Below are positions 7,418 through 16,779 of a stretch of 21,431 nucleotides of DNA, piece by piece. This stretch comes from Pseudomonadota bacterium. Its GTDB lineage: Bacteria; UBA10199; 2-02-FULL-44-16; JAAZCA01. The stretch spans positions 1-21,431 of the forward strand of contig JBDRBN010000090.1 in NCBI GenBank assembly GCA_043822785.1. The letters are read 5' to 3'. Positions within the stretch are counted from its first letter, which is position 1, and every line of letters begins with the position of its first letter. A program made the translations under genes and the position numbers. The notes under the pieces were generated by a model that worked only from the letters and a program-made list of their open reading frames with translations, ran no database searches and had not been told where the DNA came from.

Positions 7418-9820
7418 TCAGCCTTTTTTCCAGATGGAGGACAAAATCGAAGGGAAAAACAGCAAGTTTACCGCAAGGATGGATAAAAGCCCGACTATGG
7501 CCGCAAGTCCTATGGAAGACAGCCCGCCATGATGGGCCAACACCATGCCGGAAAAACCCGCAGCGGTCGTGAGGGTAGTCATGACTATAGAGCTTCCTGT
7601 GGTGGTCATGACCTTGGGCAGATTTGTATATCCCTCCTCTTGAAAGCGGTGGAAAATATGAACGCCGCAATCGATTCCAATGCCAAGCATCACAGGCAGC
7701 ACGATCATGTTAAAGAAGTTAAGCTGCAAACGAGAAATCCCCATGATGCCCAGCATAATACAGACGCCAGCTATAAGCGGTATCATCGAGACGAGCGAGT
7801 ACTTTATATTTCTAAAGTCGATGAGCAAGAGAATTGCGATTGCCAATAACGAGAGAGCTATTGCTTTTGGCGAATCTGCCAGCATCACGGTGAGCACGTC
7901 GGCAAATAACACAGAGCTTGATACGGCGTGATAGGTCTTTCCAGTGTCAGAGCGAATATCACGAATATCTTTTGCAAGCGCCATGGCTAACTTGCCATCT
8001 TTAAGATCCACCTCTGACTTTAAAAATATGAATACCAGCTGATTTTGTTCGCCGGTTTTTTTATCTACAAAGTAGTCCTTGATGGCGCCTGGTACATCTT
8101 CGATGGTAAACGGATTTGCCTCTGCAGATCCTTTGAGCCCATCTATTTTTTCCTTATCCCCCCCCTTTACGAGCTTTTCTATGGTCTCGTCGTCTAGAAG
8201 TTTCTTTATCTCCCTCATGGTAGGGATTTTTTCTTTCTGCTTTTCAGGCACCAGGCTATAGACGTTGCGCGCGCTATCTATGAGCGTTTTGGGGTTGGCA
8301 TCGCGCACGCCCTCAATGGCTTTTTTTGCAGTCTGGGCATCTTCTTTGTTATGAACAAGCACAACCGATGGAATTGCCTTTTGCGGATTTACAAAATGTT
8401 CAAGCTCTTGAGCCTTCTCCAGCGCAGCGTTGGGTGCGCGTATGTTTGCGAAATTAAAATCAAAACGCAAAAGGATCGACGCTGATATCACCGCCAAGAC
8501 CAGCACGCCAGCCATACCATACAACATCTTGCGGCGCGGGAGCTTGGTAAGGCACGCAAGCCGCAGGTCTGTGACCATGTAAGTTTTTCGGCGCAGAAAA
8601 GGCAGCTTCTCTTCTATTGTGCGCATAACGGGAAGGATAAGAAAGTACGCTGCCAAGATTACGATTACGCCTGTCCCAGCAATGAAACCAAACTCAGTAA
8701 AACCCTTGAAGTCGTTGATGATCAAAACCAAAAAAGCTGCTGCAGTGGTAAAACATGCTGTGAAGGAGGAGCGACCAGTGTATAGGAGCATTGCGTATAT
8801 GGCACCTGCCAAATCTCTTCCTGCAACGCGTTCTTCGCTATATCTAGAATTCAGCAGAATGCCAAAATCGATTCCCAGGCCGGATATTATCGAAAAGAGA
8901 AAGGCTGTGGTCATGTTGAGATGGCCTATCGCATAGTAAGCAATGGCAAAGTTCCAAATGAGGCCGCAGCCAAGAGGCAAAAACACAAATAGCACAGCTC
9001 GCAAGTGTCGAAAGTAAAGGATTACCAGCAAGAGCATGAGCGTGCCAGACACGATTCCGGCTAGCCTAAGATCTCGTATGAGCGAGTCGTACTCGTGCGC
9101 GCTGGTTATTACGCCGCCGGTATAGTGAATCTTTGCCGTAGGGTCATACTGCTCTAGATTGTATTTGGCGATGCGGTCTTTTATCTTTGCTGCAAAGTCC
9201 TTATAATAGGCCACATCAAGCTTTTCGCCCTTTGGGTTGAGGTTTACGAGAAACACGGTTTCGTCGTCATTGGTGTAGAACTCGCTTGTTATCTTGCCGG
9301 AATAAGTGCTGGCGTACTTTTCTTTTAAGTCGTCAAAGGTGGTTTTCTCATCCTCGCCTTCGTCTTCAAATGAGATATAAAGGCCACCCAGCTTCTCTCG
9401 TTGTATCCTTCGATCTATGCGATCGCGCAGATCCACCAGGTCTTCTACGGATGGGAAAAAGAGCTTGTGCTTGTTAAAAAAGTCGTAGCCAGGCTTTCTC
9501 CATTCAACCTTGTCCACAGATTCATCTGTTTCCAAATAGTTTGCAAAATTTGGTATTGCTGTCTTTAGCTTTTCAGAATTCTTGGTTTCGATCACAAGCG
9601 TTAGGTTTTTTAAGCTCCCAAAGAGATCTGTAACCTCGTTAAAGCGCTGTACGCTTGCGTAATTGTCTGGCAAAAGGGAGGCGAAATCGGTCTGGATGTT
9701 TTTGAAAATGGCTATGACTTTTGGAAAGCAAAACCACGTGAGCGCGATGAGCAGTATCGCGATGGGAATGTAGAACCTTATGAAGAACTTAGTATATGCC
9801 GTGACCACTTTTTCAAGCAT
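7418..9820 (-). CDS. MMPL/RND-family lipid transporter (HpnN-like)
   Basis: 800 aa with two repeats of TM + periplasmic domain + 5 TM; motifs GLGIDFGI and LGIGIDCGVH; HYTGG; FKGFTEFGFIAG. Confidence 0.88.
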   Translation of the reverse strand: MLEKVVTAYTKFFIRFYIPIAILLIALTWFCFPKVIAIFKNIQTDFASLLPDNYASVQRFNEVTDLFGSLKNLTLVIETKNSEKLKTAIPNFANYLETDESVDKVEWRKPGYDFFNKHKLFFPSVEDLVDLRDRIDRRIQREKLGGLYISFEDEGEDEKTTFDDLKEKYASTYSGKITSEFYTNDDETVFLVNLNPKGEKLDVAYYKDFAAKIKDRIAKYNLEQYDPTAKIHYTGGVITSAHEYDSLIRDLRLAGIVSGTLMLLLVILYFRHLRAVLFVFLPLGCGLIWNFAIAYYAIGHLNMTTAFLFSIISGLGIDFGILLNSRYSEERVAGRDLAGAIYAMLLYTGRSSFTACFTTAAAFLVLIINDFKGFTEFGFIAGTGVIVILAAYFLILPVMRTIEEKLPFLRRKTYMVTDLRLACLTKLPRRKMLYGMAGVLVLAVISASILLRFDFNFANIRAPNAALEKAQELEHFVNPQKAIPSVVLVHNKEDAQTAKKAIEGVRDANPKTLIDSARNVYSLVPEKQKEKIPTMREIKKLLDDETIEKLVKGGDKEKIDGLKGSAEANPFTIEDVPGAIKDYFVDKKTGEQNQLVFIFLKSEVDLKDGKLAMALAKDIRDIRSDTGKTYHAVSSSVLFADVLTVMLADSPKAIALSLLAIAILLLIDFRNIKYSLVSMIPLIAGVCIMLGIMGISRLQLNFFNMIVLPVMLGIGIDCGVHIFHRFQEEGYTNLPKVMTTTGSSIVMTTLTTAAGFSGMVLAHHGGLSSIGLAAIVGLLSILAVNLLFFPSILSSIWKKG

Positions 9821-9868
9821 CCGCTATCTGTAGCAAACAGAACCTGGCTAGGCAAATTATTCCGATGA

Positions 9869-10123
9869 TGAACAGCTGGGAACGTTTGTTTTGGTTCTAG
9901 CACCTCCGGCAGCTCCCCTTTCGCGGTCTCGCTGGCTGCGGACCCTCACCACTCAAACTGCGTGTCATCAACAAAGACTTAGGCCTTCGCCCGAATAGGT
10001 TGCTCGGCCTAAGTCTTTGTTGTGACTTACGCAGTTTTGCTGGCGTCTCCACACCCAGCTCGCCGCGATGGGGACCCTGCTGCCTCTCGGCGATGAACCA
10101 AAACAAACGCTCCCAGCTGTTCA
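9869..10123. mobile_element. 255 bp long-hairpin palindromic element (MITE/REP-like or structured RNA)
   Basis: 29 bp terminal IR with 1 mismatch (9869-9897 / 10095-10123), nested inner stems, and a perfect 17 bp stem (9969-9985 / 10006-10022). The structure is certain; the MITE interpretation is inferred. Confidence 0.6.
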
Positions 10124-10165
10124 ACTTCTGTACACGAGAGGATCGTTCATATTTGACAGTTAGCT

Positions 10166-11554
10166 ATGTGGCAGGATATGAGGCGGGTTGTGAAGATCCT
10201 GTCAAATACAGATACTATCTGCGCCCAAGCCACACCGCCTGGCCCAGGTGGGCTTGGAGTGGTGCGCATTAGTGGACCTGATGCGTTTGATATTCTCGTC
10301 AAAGTATGGCGCAGCAAAACAGGTGATCGTACTGCTAAACCAAGACAGCTTTATCTGGGAGAGGCCATAACTTCAAATAGAGAAGTAATAGATAAGGTAA
10401 TGGCAGTGAGAATGCCTGCACCGCACACATATACAGGACAGAACGTGGTGGAGCTCTCATGCCATGGCTCACCGATTATTCTTTCAAAGATTGTGGATGC
10501 GTGTGTGGCAGCCGGCGCAAGGATAGCAAGGCCTGGAGAATTTACCAGGCGCGCATTTCTTTCGGGCAAGATGGATCTGGCCCAAGCCGAGGCCGTGTGC
10601 GACCTGATATCCGCAACGAGCGAGAGGGGAGCAAGGCTTGCGACAGAGCAGCTTGAAGGAAAACTCTCTAAAGAAATACGAGATATCGCATCAAACCTTG
10701 TGGAGCTTAGAAGCCTTGTTGAGGCCTGGATCGATTTTCCTGAAGAAGAGATTGATCTCCCAGCAGGCAGTTTAGAAGACAGCATCGCAAACATTGCAAA
10801 GCGCCTGGAAGCGCTTGCATCAACATATAAAACAGGAAAGTTAATCCGCGATGGAGTGCGGGTTGCGATAGTGGGCCGGCCAAATGTTGGAAAATCCAGC
10901 ATCTTAAATTGTCTTACAGGACACGATCGCGCACTTGTACATCACGCACCTGGCACCACGCGCGATGTGATAGAGGAAAGCGCATCGTTTGAGGGCGTTG
11001 TGTTTCGCTTCAGGGACACAGCAGGCATAAGACATACGCCGACAGAAGTAGAAGCCATGGGCATAGATCGCGCCTGCGATGAGATTAAAAACGCAGATCT
11101 GGCGCTTGTGGTATTTGATGGGTCAATACCTTTTGGCGCTGAAGACAAAGCAGTGTTAAAACAGGTTGGCTCTAAGCTGGCGATATTGGCGATAAACAAA
11201 CACGACCTGCCGCAGCAATTGGATGCATCGACGATCAATAATCCCATCCACATTTCTGCAAAAACAGGTGATGGGGTCGATGCCCTCTTAAAACACCTTA
11301 CGGCACATGCGCTTAACAACGCTTCCTGCATATCAGAGGGAGCGACCGTTGCATCGGCCAGACACAAGGAGGCGCTTACACGGGCTGAGGATGCTTTGAG
11401 AAAGGCGCAACAAGCCCACAGCAAAGAGGAACCGTTGGAATGCATCGCCCAACATCTTAGAATTGCACAGGATTCGCTTGGCACCATCACGGGGGAAGTC
11501 GCGACCGAAGACCTGCTGGATCAGATATTTTCCAGATTTTGTATAGGTAAATAA
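10166..11554 (+). CDS. mnmE: tRNA modification GTPase MnmE (true start may be GTG at 10190)
   Basis: DTICAQATPPG, GEFTRRAFLSGKMDLAQAEA, GRPNVGKSS, GTTRD, DTAG, NKHD, C-terminal FSRFCIGK. Confidence 0.98.
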   Translation: MWQDMRRVVKILSNTDTICAQATPPGPGGLGVVRISGPDAFDILVKVWRSKTGDRTAKPRQLYLGEAITSNREVIDKVMAVRMPAPHTYTGQNVVELSCHGSPIILSKIVDACVAAGARIARPGEFTRRAFLSGKMDLAQAEAVCDLISATSERGARLATEQLEGKLSKEIRDIASNLVELRSLVEAWIDFPEEEIDLPAGSLEDSIANIAKRLEALASTYKTGKLIRDGVRVAIVGRPNVGKSSILNCLTGHDRALVHHAPGTTRDVIEESASFEGVVFRFRDTAGIRHTPTEVEAMGIDRACDEIKNADLALVVFDGSIPFGAEDKAVLKQVGSKLAILAINKHDLPQQLDASTINNPIHISAKTGDGVDALLKHLTAHALNNASCISEGATVASARHKEALTRAEDALRKAQQAHSKEEPLECIAQHLRIAQDSLGTITGEVATEDLLDQIFSRFCIGK

Positions 11555-11635
11555 CCCTTGGATTTTTACTCTATTTATGGAGAATAGGCGCCCACGATAA
11601 ACATAGAACATGACGACCAACAAAGGAGGGGGGGC

Positions 11636-12997
11636 ATGAAAAAGATTTTGATGTTTCTTGTAGTAGCTGCCTTCACCGTGGGCCTTGTTGCCTGCGGCGG
11701 CGGTGGTGGTGGCCTCAACAATGCGCAGTCTGTAACAGGTACAATCACCTCAGCGAGTGGAGATCCTGTTCCTGGGACCACTGTGTACATTCCAGGCACG
11801 ACCGTGACTGCAAGCACAAAAGCCAAAGCCACTCGCACATACGCCAAGGTCGTGACAGCTTCTGACGGAACAGAGTGCGAAGATCCACCAGCTGCAGACA
11901 GCTCTCTGGCCGCGGGCTGTACAGCACAGGATGGTACGTATACGATAGACACCTCAGGCATCACAACAAATCCCACTCAGCTGGTAGCGCAAAGAGGCGC
12001 ATTGCGCATGATACTTGATCTGAATTGTACTGCTGATCCTTGTCCTATGAGTTATCCGTTTGGTAGCGGCTCCACCACATGGCCGACAATAGCAGTTGTA
12101 ACAGGTTTTTGGGATCGCATGGAAGATGTGCTGGCAAAGCTTGCCGATACAGATACCACCGATGGCACAAACGGCAGCTATGGCAGGGTCAGTACTACAA
12201 GTGGACAGTTTGTCTATGGCTCAGAGTATGGCACAAATCTTACAATCATAGATGGCACGGGCGGGACAACTCCTACTGAAAACGCCACTGAGATTGGCGC
12301 TTACAAGACGTGGGATACATATTTGAATGGCACCAACTCGTTGTCTACTTTTGATATAGTCTTTATCAACTGCGGAAACGCTTATGAAGCAAGTCTGATT
12401 GCAAACATAGCTGTACTTCAGGCCTATGTTAATGCAGGCGGCAGGATTTATGTGACGGATCTTTCTTATGATTTTGTGGAGCAGCCTTTCCCACAGTTCA
12501 TGCAGTTTGAAAACGATCCTGCAGATCCATTAACGCCTGGCGCTTTGGGTGCGGCAGAAGTGGGCACAGGCGGCGTGAACTTGAACGCAGCTGTTAACGA
12601 AACCTCGATGAGCACGTGGCTGGGAACGGCGCGAGTAAATGCCCATGACGCCACCACACCAGGCAATCCAGACAACGACTGCACATGGACCCAGGATCCA
12701 TATACCCAGGTAACAGGTGCGCTGATCGGCGGTCTGATTCCCATCGGCGATTTCCTGGGCGGCTGGGCTCAGATGGTCGGCGCGCATACAGGCTACACAC
12801 CCACCATATGGATATCTTCCGGAGCGGGCGTTAACTTTGACGGACGAGCCAACAGGCCGCTCACCGCTTCTATGACCCAGGGCTCCAATGGCGGCGGCAT
12901 AATCTATTCATCGTATCACACAGCTCACTCCTGTCCCACGCTGACTTTCTGGCCCCAGGAGAGGGTGCTTCAGTATCTGATGGTCAGTGCGTTCTAA
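11636..12997 (+). CDS. Predicted lipoprotein: carboxypeptidase-regulatory-like N-domain plus uncharacterised alpha/beta (GATase-like) domain
   Basis: SD AAGGAGG; lipobox LVAC followed by G6; [21 protein letters not shown]; motifs [42 protein letters not shown]. Confidence 0.75.
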   Translation: MKKILMFLVVAAFTVGLVACGGGGGGLNNAQSVTGTITSASGDPVPGTTVYIPGTTVTASTKAKATRTYAKVVTASDGTECEDPPAADSSLAAGCTAQDGTYTIDTSGITTNPTQLVAQRGALRMILDLNCTADPCPMSYPFGSGSTTWPTIAVVTGFWDRMEDVLAKLADTDTTDGTNGSYGRVSTTSGQFVYGSEYGTNLTIIDGTGGTTPTENATEIGAYKTWDTYLNGTNSLSTFDIVFINCGNAYEASLIANIAVLQAYVNAGGRIYVTDLSYDFVEQPFPQFMQFENDPADPLTPGALGAAEVGTGGVNLNAAVNETSMSTWLGTARVNAHDATTPGNPDNDCTWTQDPYTQVTGALIGGLIPIGDFLGGWAQMVGAHTGYTPTIWISSGAGVNFDGRANRPLTASMTQGSNGGGIIYSSYHTAHSCPTLTFWPQERVLQYLMVSAF

Positions 12998-13017
12998 GCT
13001 GAGTCTTTCAGAGGTTC

Positions 13018-13051
13018 AAAAGGCCCCGGCATTTCCGGGGCCTTTTCTTTT
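13018..13051 (+). terminator. Intrinsic terminator after the lipoprotein gene
   Basis: AAAAGGCCCCGG-CATTT-CCGGGGCCTTTTCTTTT. Confidence 0.9.
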
Positions 13052-13091
13052 GTTGCCACCTCTAACGCTCATGCACTATACAGCTTCACCT

Positions 13092-14990
13092 ATGCCCTAC
13101 GATGTACTAATAATCGGTGCCGGCCATGCTGGGTGCGAGGCTGCCTTGGCAGCATCTCGCATGAATGGACGCGCGCTTCTGGTTACAGCAAGGCTTAGCA
13201 CCATCGCTGCCATGAGCTGCAATCCAGCCATAGGCGGCCTGGCAAAAGGTCATATCGTGCGCGAGATAGATGCGCTTGGCGGCGAGATGGGCAGGGTTGC
13301 GGACGCAACCGGCATTCAGTTTCGAAGGCTCAACATGAGCAAGGGCCCTGCAGTGCGCGCAACCCGCTGCCAATCAGACAGGGATAAATATCACAAATAC
13401 ATGCGTTCTGTTCTTGAAGCACAGGACAATCTCGATTTTCTTGAAACAGAGATCAAAGGTTTTGTCGTAGAAGACGGTTGCATTCGAGGCGTTATTACAA
13501 ACTCGAATGAAAGAATAAGTGCAAAACGAGTTATTTTAGCAGCAGGCACGTTCATGAAAGGGCTGTTGCACTTTGGTATGGATGCGGTGGAGGGCGGCCG
13601 CATAAACGATCATACGAGCAAAGGTCTTTCTGATGCGCTTTCCAAACTCGGTTTCAACATACAAAGGCTAAAGACAGGAACCTGTCCCAGAATAGCAAGC
13701 CATACCATAGATTATGATAGATGTACTCGTCAGGACGGAGATGAGATAAGGCCGCGCTTTTCTTTTGATAAAATAGAAAACGATCTTAAACAGCTTCCAT
13801 GTTACATCACTCACACAACTGAGGACACGCATAACATCATTAAAGCAAGCCTTGATCGTTCGCCCTTATATTCTGGAAAGATTCAGGGAACAGGCCCCAG
13901 GTATTGCCCATCTATAGAAGATAAAGTAATGCGCTTTGGCCACAGAAACAGCCATCACCTGTTTCTCGAGCCAGAGGGTTTGGACACAGACTGGGTCTAT
14001 GTAAACGGTCTTTCCACTTCACTTCCTCTCGATGTGCAGAAAAATATGCTTAAAACAATTCCTGGGCTTGAAAATGCAAAGATAGTTCAGTCTGGCTATG
14101 CAGTGGAGTATGATTATATTCCACCACAACAGATATTCCCCAGCCTTGAGACAAAGCGCGTTAAGGGTTTGTATTTTGCGGGCCAGGTAAACGGCACATC
14201 CGGCTATGAAGAGGCGGCAGCACAAGGGCTCATCGCGGGCATAAACACCATGCGCTCAATTCGCGGCCAAGATGCGCTTGTGCTGAGGCGCGACCAGGCA
14301 TACATCGGCGTGCTCATCGATGACCTGGTTACAAAAGGAACAGATGAGCCTTATCGCATGTTCACATCCCGCGCAGAGCATCGCCTGCTCTTGCGCGAGG
14401 ATAATGCTGGCACAAGGCTGACAAAAATAGGAAGGGATGTTGGACTAATAAATGATGATCGGTGGAAGAGGTTTTGTGATACTGAAGATGCGCTATCTTG
14501 CACGATAAGAACTTTGAAACAGACTGTTATCAGGCCATCTGCAGAGGTAAACGCAAAGGTTGTGCAGATGGGAAGCGCTGCTCTTAAAAAACCCATGGCG
14601 CTTTCTGATCTTGTTGCGCGTTCAGAACTTTCCATAGAGCAGGTGCTCAGCCGGTTTGCTAAAGAATATATTAACGAAGCTGCTGATGTGCTTGAACGCA
14701 CAGAGATAGAGATGAAGTACGCAGGCTATATAGAGGCAGAAAAACTGCTGGTAAAAAAGCTTCGCGAGGTCGAGGATATAAAAATTCCAGAAAGGTTCGA
14801 TTACCTGTCTATTACAAACATCTCTAATGAAGTGCGAGAGAAGTTAAAGGCAGTAAGACCTAATACGTTGGGTCAAGCATCGAGGATACCAGGTGTTACG
14901 CCAGCAGCTGTTGCTGTATTGATGATTCAATTGAGTGCTGCCAACAAGGCTGTCATTGCGAGGAGCAAAGCGTCGAAGCAATCCCCGTAA
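13092..14990 (+). CDS. mnmG: tRNA uridine-5-carboxymethylaminomethyl synthesis enzyme MnmG (GidA)
   Basis: Start [62 protein letters not shown]. The ORF-track extension to 12987 runs through the terminator. Confidence 0.98.
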   Translation: MPYDVLIIGAGHAGCEAALAASRMNGRALLVTARLSTIAAMSCNPAIGGLAKGHIVREIDALGGEMGRVADATGIQFRRLNMSKGPAVRATRCQSDRDKYHKYMRSVLEAQDNLDFLETEIKGFVVEDGCIRGVITNSNERISAKRVILAAGTFMKGLLHFGMDAVEGGRINDHTSKGLSDALSKLGFNIQRLKTGTCPRIASHTIDYDRCTRQDGDEIRPRFSFDKIENDLKQLPCYITHTTEDTHNIIKASLDRSPLYSGKIQGTGPRYCPSIEDKVMRFGHRNSHHLFLEPEGLDTDWVYVNGLSTSLPLDVQKNMLKTIPGLENAKIVQSGYAVEYDYIPPQQIFPSLETKRVKGLYFAGQVNGTSGYEEAAAQGLIAGINTMRSIRGQDALVLRRDQAYIGVLIDDLVTKGTDEPYRMFTSRAEHRLLLREDNAGTRLTKIGRDVGLINDDRWKRFCDTEDALSCTIRTLKQTVIRPSAEVNAKVVQMGSAALKKPMALSDLVARSELSIEQVLSRFAKEYINEAADVLERTEIEMKYAGYIEAEKLLVKKLREVEDIKIPERFDYLSITNISNEVREKLKAVRPNTLGQASRIPGVTPAAVAVLMIQLSAANKAVIARSKASKQSP

Positions 14991-15025
14991 CGCCTGAGAT
15001 TGCTTCACCTTTGTTCGCAATGACA
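14951..15025. repeat. GTCATTGCGAG-type palindromic element (RPE/REP-like) overlapping the mnmG 3' end
   Basis: TGTCATTGCGA...GAAGCAATC...GATTGCTTC...TCGCAATGACA nested IRs; related copy at 21356. Confidence 0.85.
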
Positions 15026-15030
15026 TGCCT

Positions 15031-16143
15031 TTAAATTGTTCTTATCCCCTTAAGCACTGGTGCATTCCACTCAAATGCAAGGCGCTTGCGGTTTTTGCAC
15101 GTGCCTGTTTCAAGCGCGTGACCCACAATGAGCGGCAGCGACACAGATGGCTCTACAAACGCCATGCAATGCGTGGCCTTTTTGCTAACCTTTCCCCAGC
15201 TTGTGGCTTCAGAGAGTGTGGAGCCTGATAAACCTCCCCAGTGCGGGGAGTCGGTGGTTACCTGTATGGCATAACGGTGTCCGCCTGTATCCATCCCAAA
15301 GATATATGCCATTACCACTGAATCGTTTATGAAGTTCTTTGGCACGCCGCCTGCTACGTAGATAGCCGCAGTGCATGGCGACTGGACAACGATTTGTGTC
15401 AACTCGTAGTTGTCGCGGATGGAGTCTATCACAACGCCTTCCCTGCCGTTCTTTACGCACCGATGATAATGTTCTGTAAGGCCGATCCCGATGGACGAGT
15501 CGTTGAGCGCGGGCGAGAAAATAGGCACGCCGTGTTTGGCTGCAGTGGCGAGAATGGAGCTCGAGTCGTTTGTAGATTTTCCAAGGACCTCTAAAAACTG
15601 CCTGCTTGAATAGCGGCCCGGTTTCAGCTCATCTGCAAACGCACCTATAGAGCAATCTAGTTTCCAGAACTTATTTTCATCCACATATGTGTCATAGATT
15701 CGATCGATATAAAGGTCGCGAAGCTTGCGGTCGTCGGCATTGGGCGTGCCAACAGCATGCATAAAACCCTGCGCTTGGTAAAAATCCTGGTAAAGAATGG
15801 CGCCTGTAGAGACCACAACATCAACCAACTTGTTCTCGATCATGTCGCGAATGACCTTGCGCAGCCCTGCTGCTATGAGTGGTCCTGCCAAACCCAGCAT
15901 CACTGTCGGGCGGTCTTTATCAGACATCATGCGCTCTACCACGCTTGCGCACCCGCCTATGTTTCTTGCCTGAACAGAAGCGCCGCCATAGGCCTCAACA
16001 AGCTTTTTAATAGAAGTGGCCTTGTTAAGATCGATCTGTCCCACACCTTTTGTAAAAAGCTCTGCCTTCTCGGCCTTTTGCTCATCTGTGAGTTCAGGAA
16101 AGCTATAACCCGAAGGATTATCTATGAATTTAAAATTGCTCAT
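15031..16143 (-). CDS. Deoxyhypusine synthase-family protein
   Basis: DVVVSTGA, DRIYDTY, FSPALNDSSIG, GGVPKNF, WGGLSGSTLSEATSWGK with the conserved active-site Lys. Confidence 0.92.
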   Translation of the reverse strand: MSNFKFIDNPSGYSFPELTDEQKAEKAELFTKGVGQIDLNKATSIKKLVEAYGGASVQARNIGGCASVVERMMSDKDRPTVMLGLAGPLIAAGLRKVIRDMIENKLVDVVVSTGAILYQDFYQAQGFMHAVGTPNADDRKLRDLYIDRIYDTYVDENKFWKLDCSIGAFADELKPGRYSSRQFLEVLGKSTNDSSSILATAAKHGVPIFSPALNDSSIGIGLTEHYHRCVKNGREGVVIDSIRDNYELTQIVVQSPCTAAIYVAGGVPKNFINDSVVMAYIFGMDTGGHRYAIQVTTDSPHWGGLSGSTLSEATSWGKVSKKATHCMAFVEPSVSLPLIVGHALETGTCKNRKRLAFEWNAPVLKGIRTI

Positions 16144-16252
16144 GGCAAATCTCCTAAGAAAGTGATGCCGAACACTTACAATATTGCAACCTTGGCCTGT
16201 CTAATGGCGATTTGGGCTAATGTCAATTGACGAAACAGCTAGGAAAAGTAAA

Positions 16253-16332
16253 ATGAGGTGTCAGGGAGTTGTGACACCTCATCCTGAGCGAAGCCCTGCA
16301 CCGCATGGTGCAGGGCGAAGTCGAAGGATCTC
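16253..16332. repeat. Hairpin plus half of a TCATCCTGAGCGAAG...CGAAGGATCT REP-like element
   Basis: ATGAGGTGTCA/TGACACCTCAT (16253-16282); GCCCTGCACC-GCAT-GGTGCAGGGC (16293-16316) inside TCATCCTGAGCGAAG...GTCGAAGGATCTC. Confidence 0.7.
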
Positions 16333-16779
16333 ATGCATATTATACTTAAAAGGGTCGGTGTTTTTGTGCTCGTTTTTGTCTCAGGGCTTATCTTGTGGAA
16401 CGCGAATGGCTGTTCAGGGGACAAAACGCTTGAGCCAACGCTGGAAGGCAATCTTCTGCAATATGATGAGGCTGATCTTGTCAATTTCAACCTTTCCGGC
16501 GATGCCCTGTGCGAGTCATGCGATGTGGATATAGCGGGCCTTTATATCGAGCTGGTATCAGCGTCAAATCCCACGTCTAATCTTTCTGTTGGCACCTTTA
16601 AGGATCTTGGCGATTTTTATTTTTCAAACCTCAGGGCAGTGGTTGGATCCACGATCAACGTTTATGGAACTTTGTATTTTGAGGACAAACCCGAATCACA
16701 GGCTGCAAAAGCCCAGACGAGTTTTAAGGTGCCTGACGATGATGGAAAGACTGTGGCAGTTACGCTTAGGTTTGATTAG
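16333..16779 (+). CDS. Hypothetical exported protein, probable lipoprotein
   Basis: Hydrophobic N-terminus ending ANGC-S; beta-rich 148 aa; stop overlaps the convergent gene. Confidence 0.7.
   Translation: MHIILKRVGVFVLVFVSGLILWNANGCSGDKTLEPTLEGNLLQYDEADLVNFNLSGDALCESCDVDIAGLYIELVSASNPTSNLSVGTFKDLGDFYFSNLRAVVGSTINVYGTLYFEDKPESQAAKAQTSFKVPDDDGKTVAVTLRFD

Noticed and set aside
9897..10272. ORFs 9897-10124 and 10000-10272
   Set aside because: They lie in the long palindrome or overlap mnmE, with no protein-like features.
11628..11634. G7 tract between SD and ATG (also C7 at 17508-17514) as a phase-variation switch
   Set aside because: Short tracts that are adequately explained as G-rich ribosome-binding regions.
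12987..13091. ORF-track N-terminal extensions (mnmG here; also 18960-19076, 19928-19993, 21245-21361)
   Set aside because: They run through terminator, promoter or repeat DNA; family homology or signal peptides begin at the downstream ATGs.
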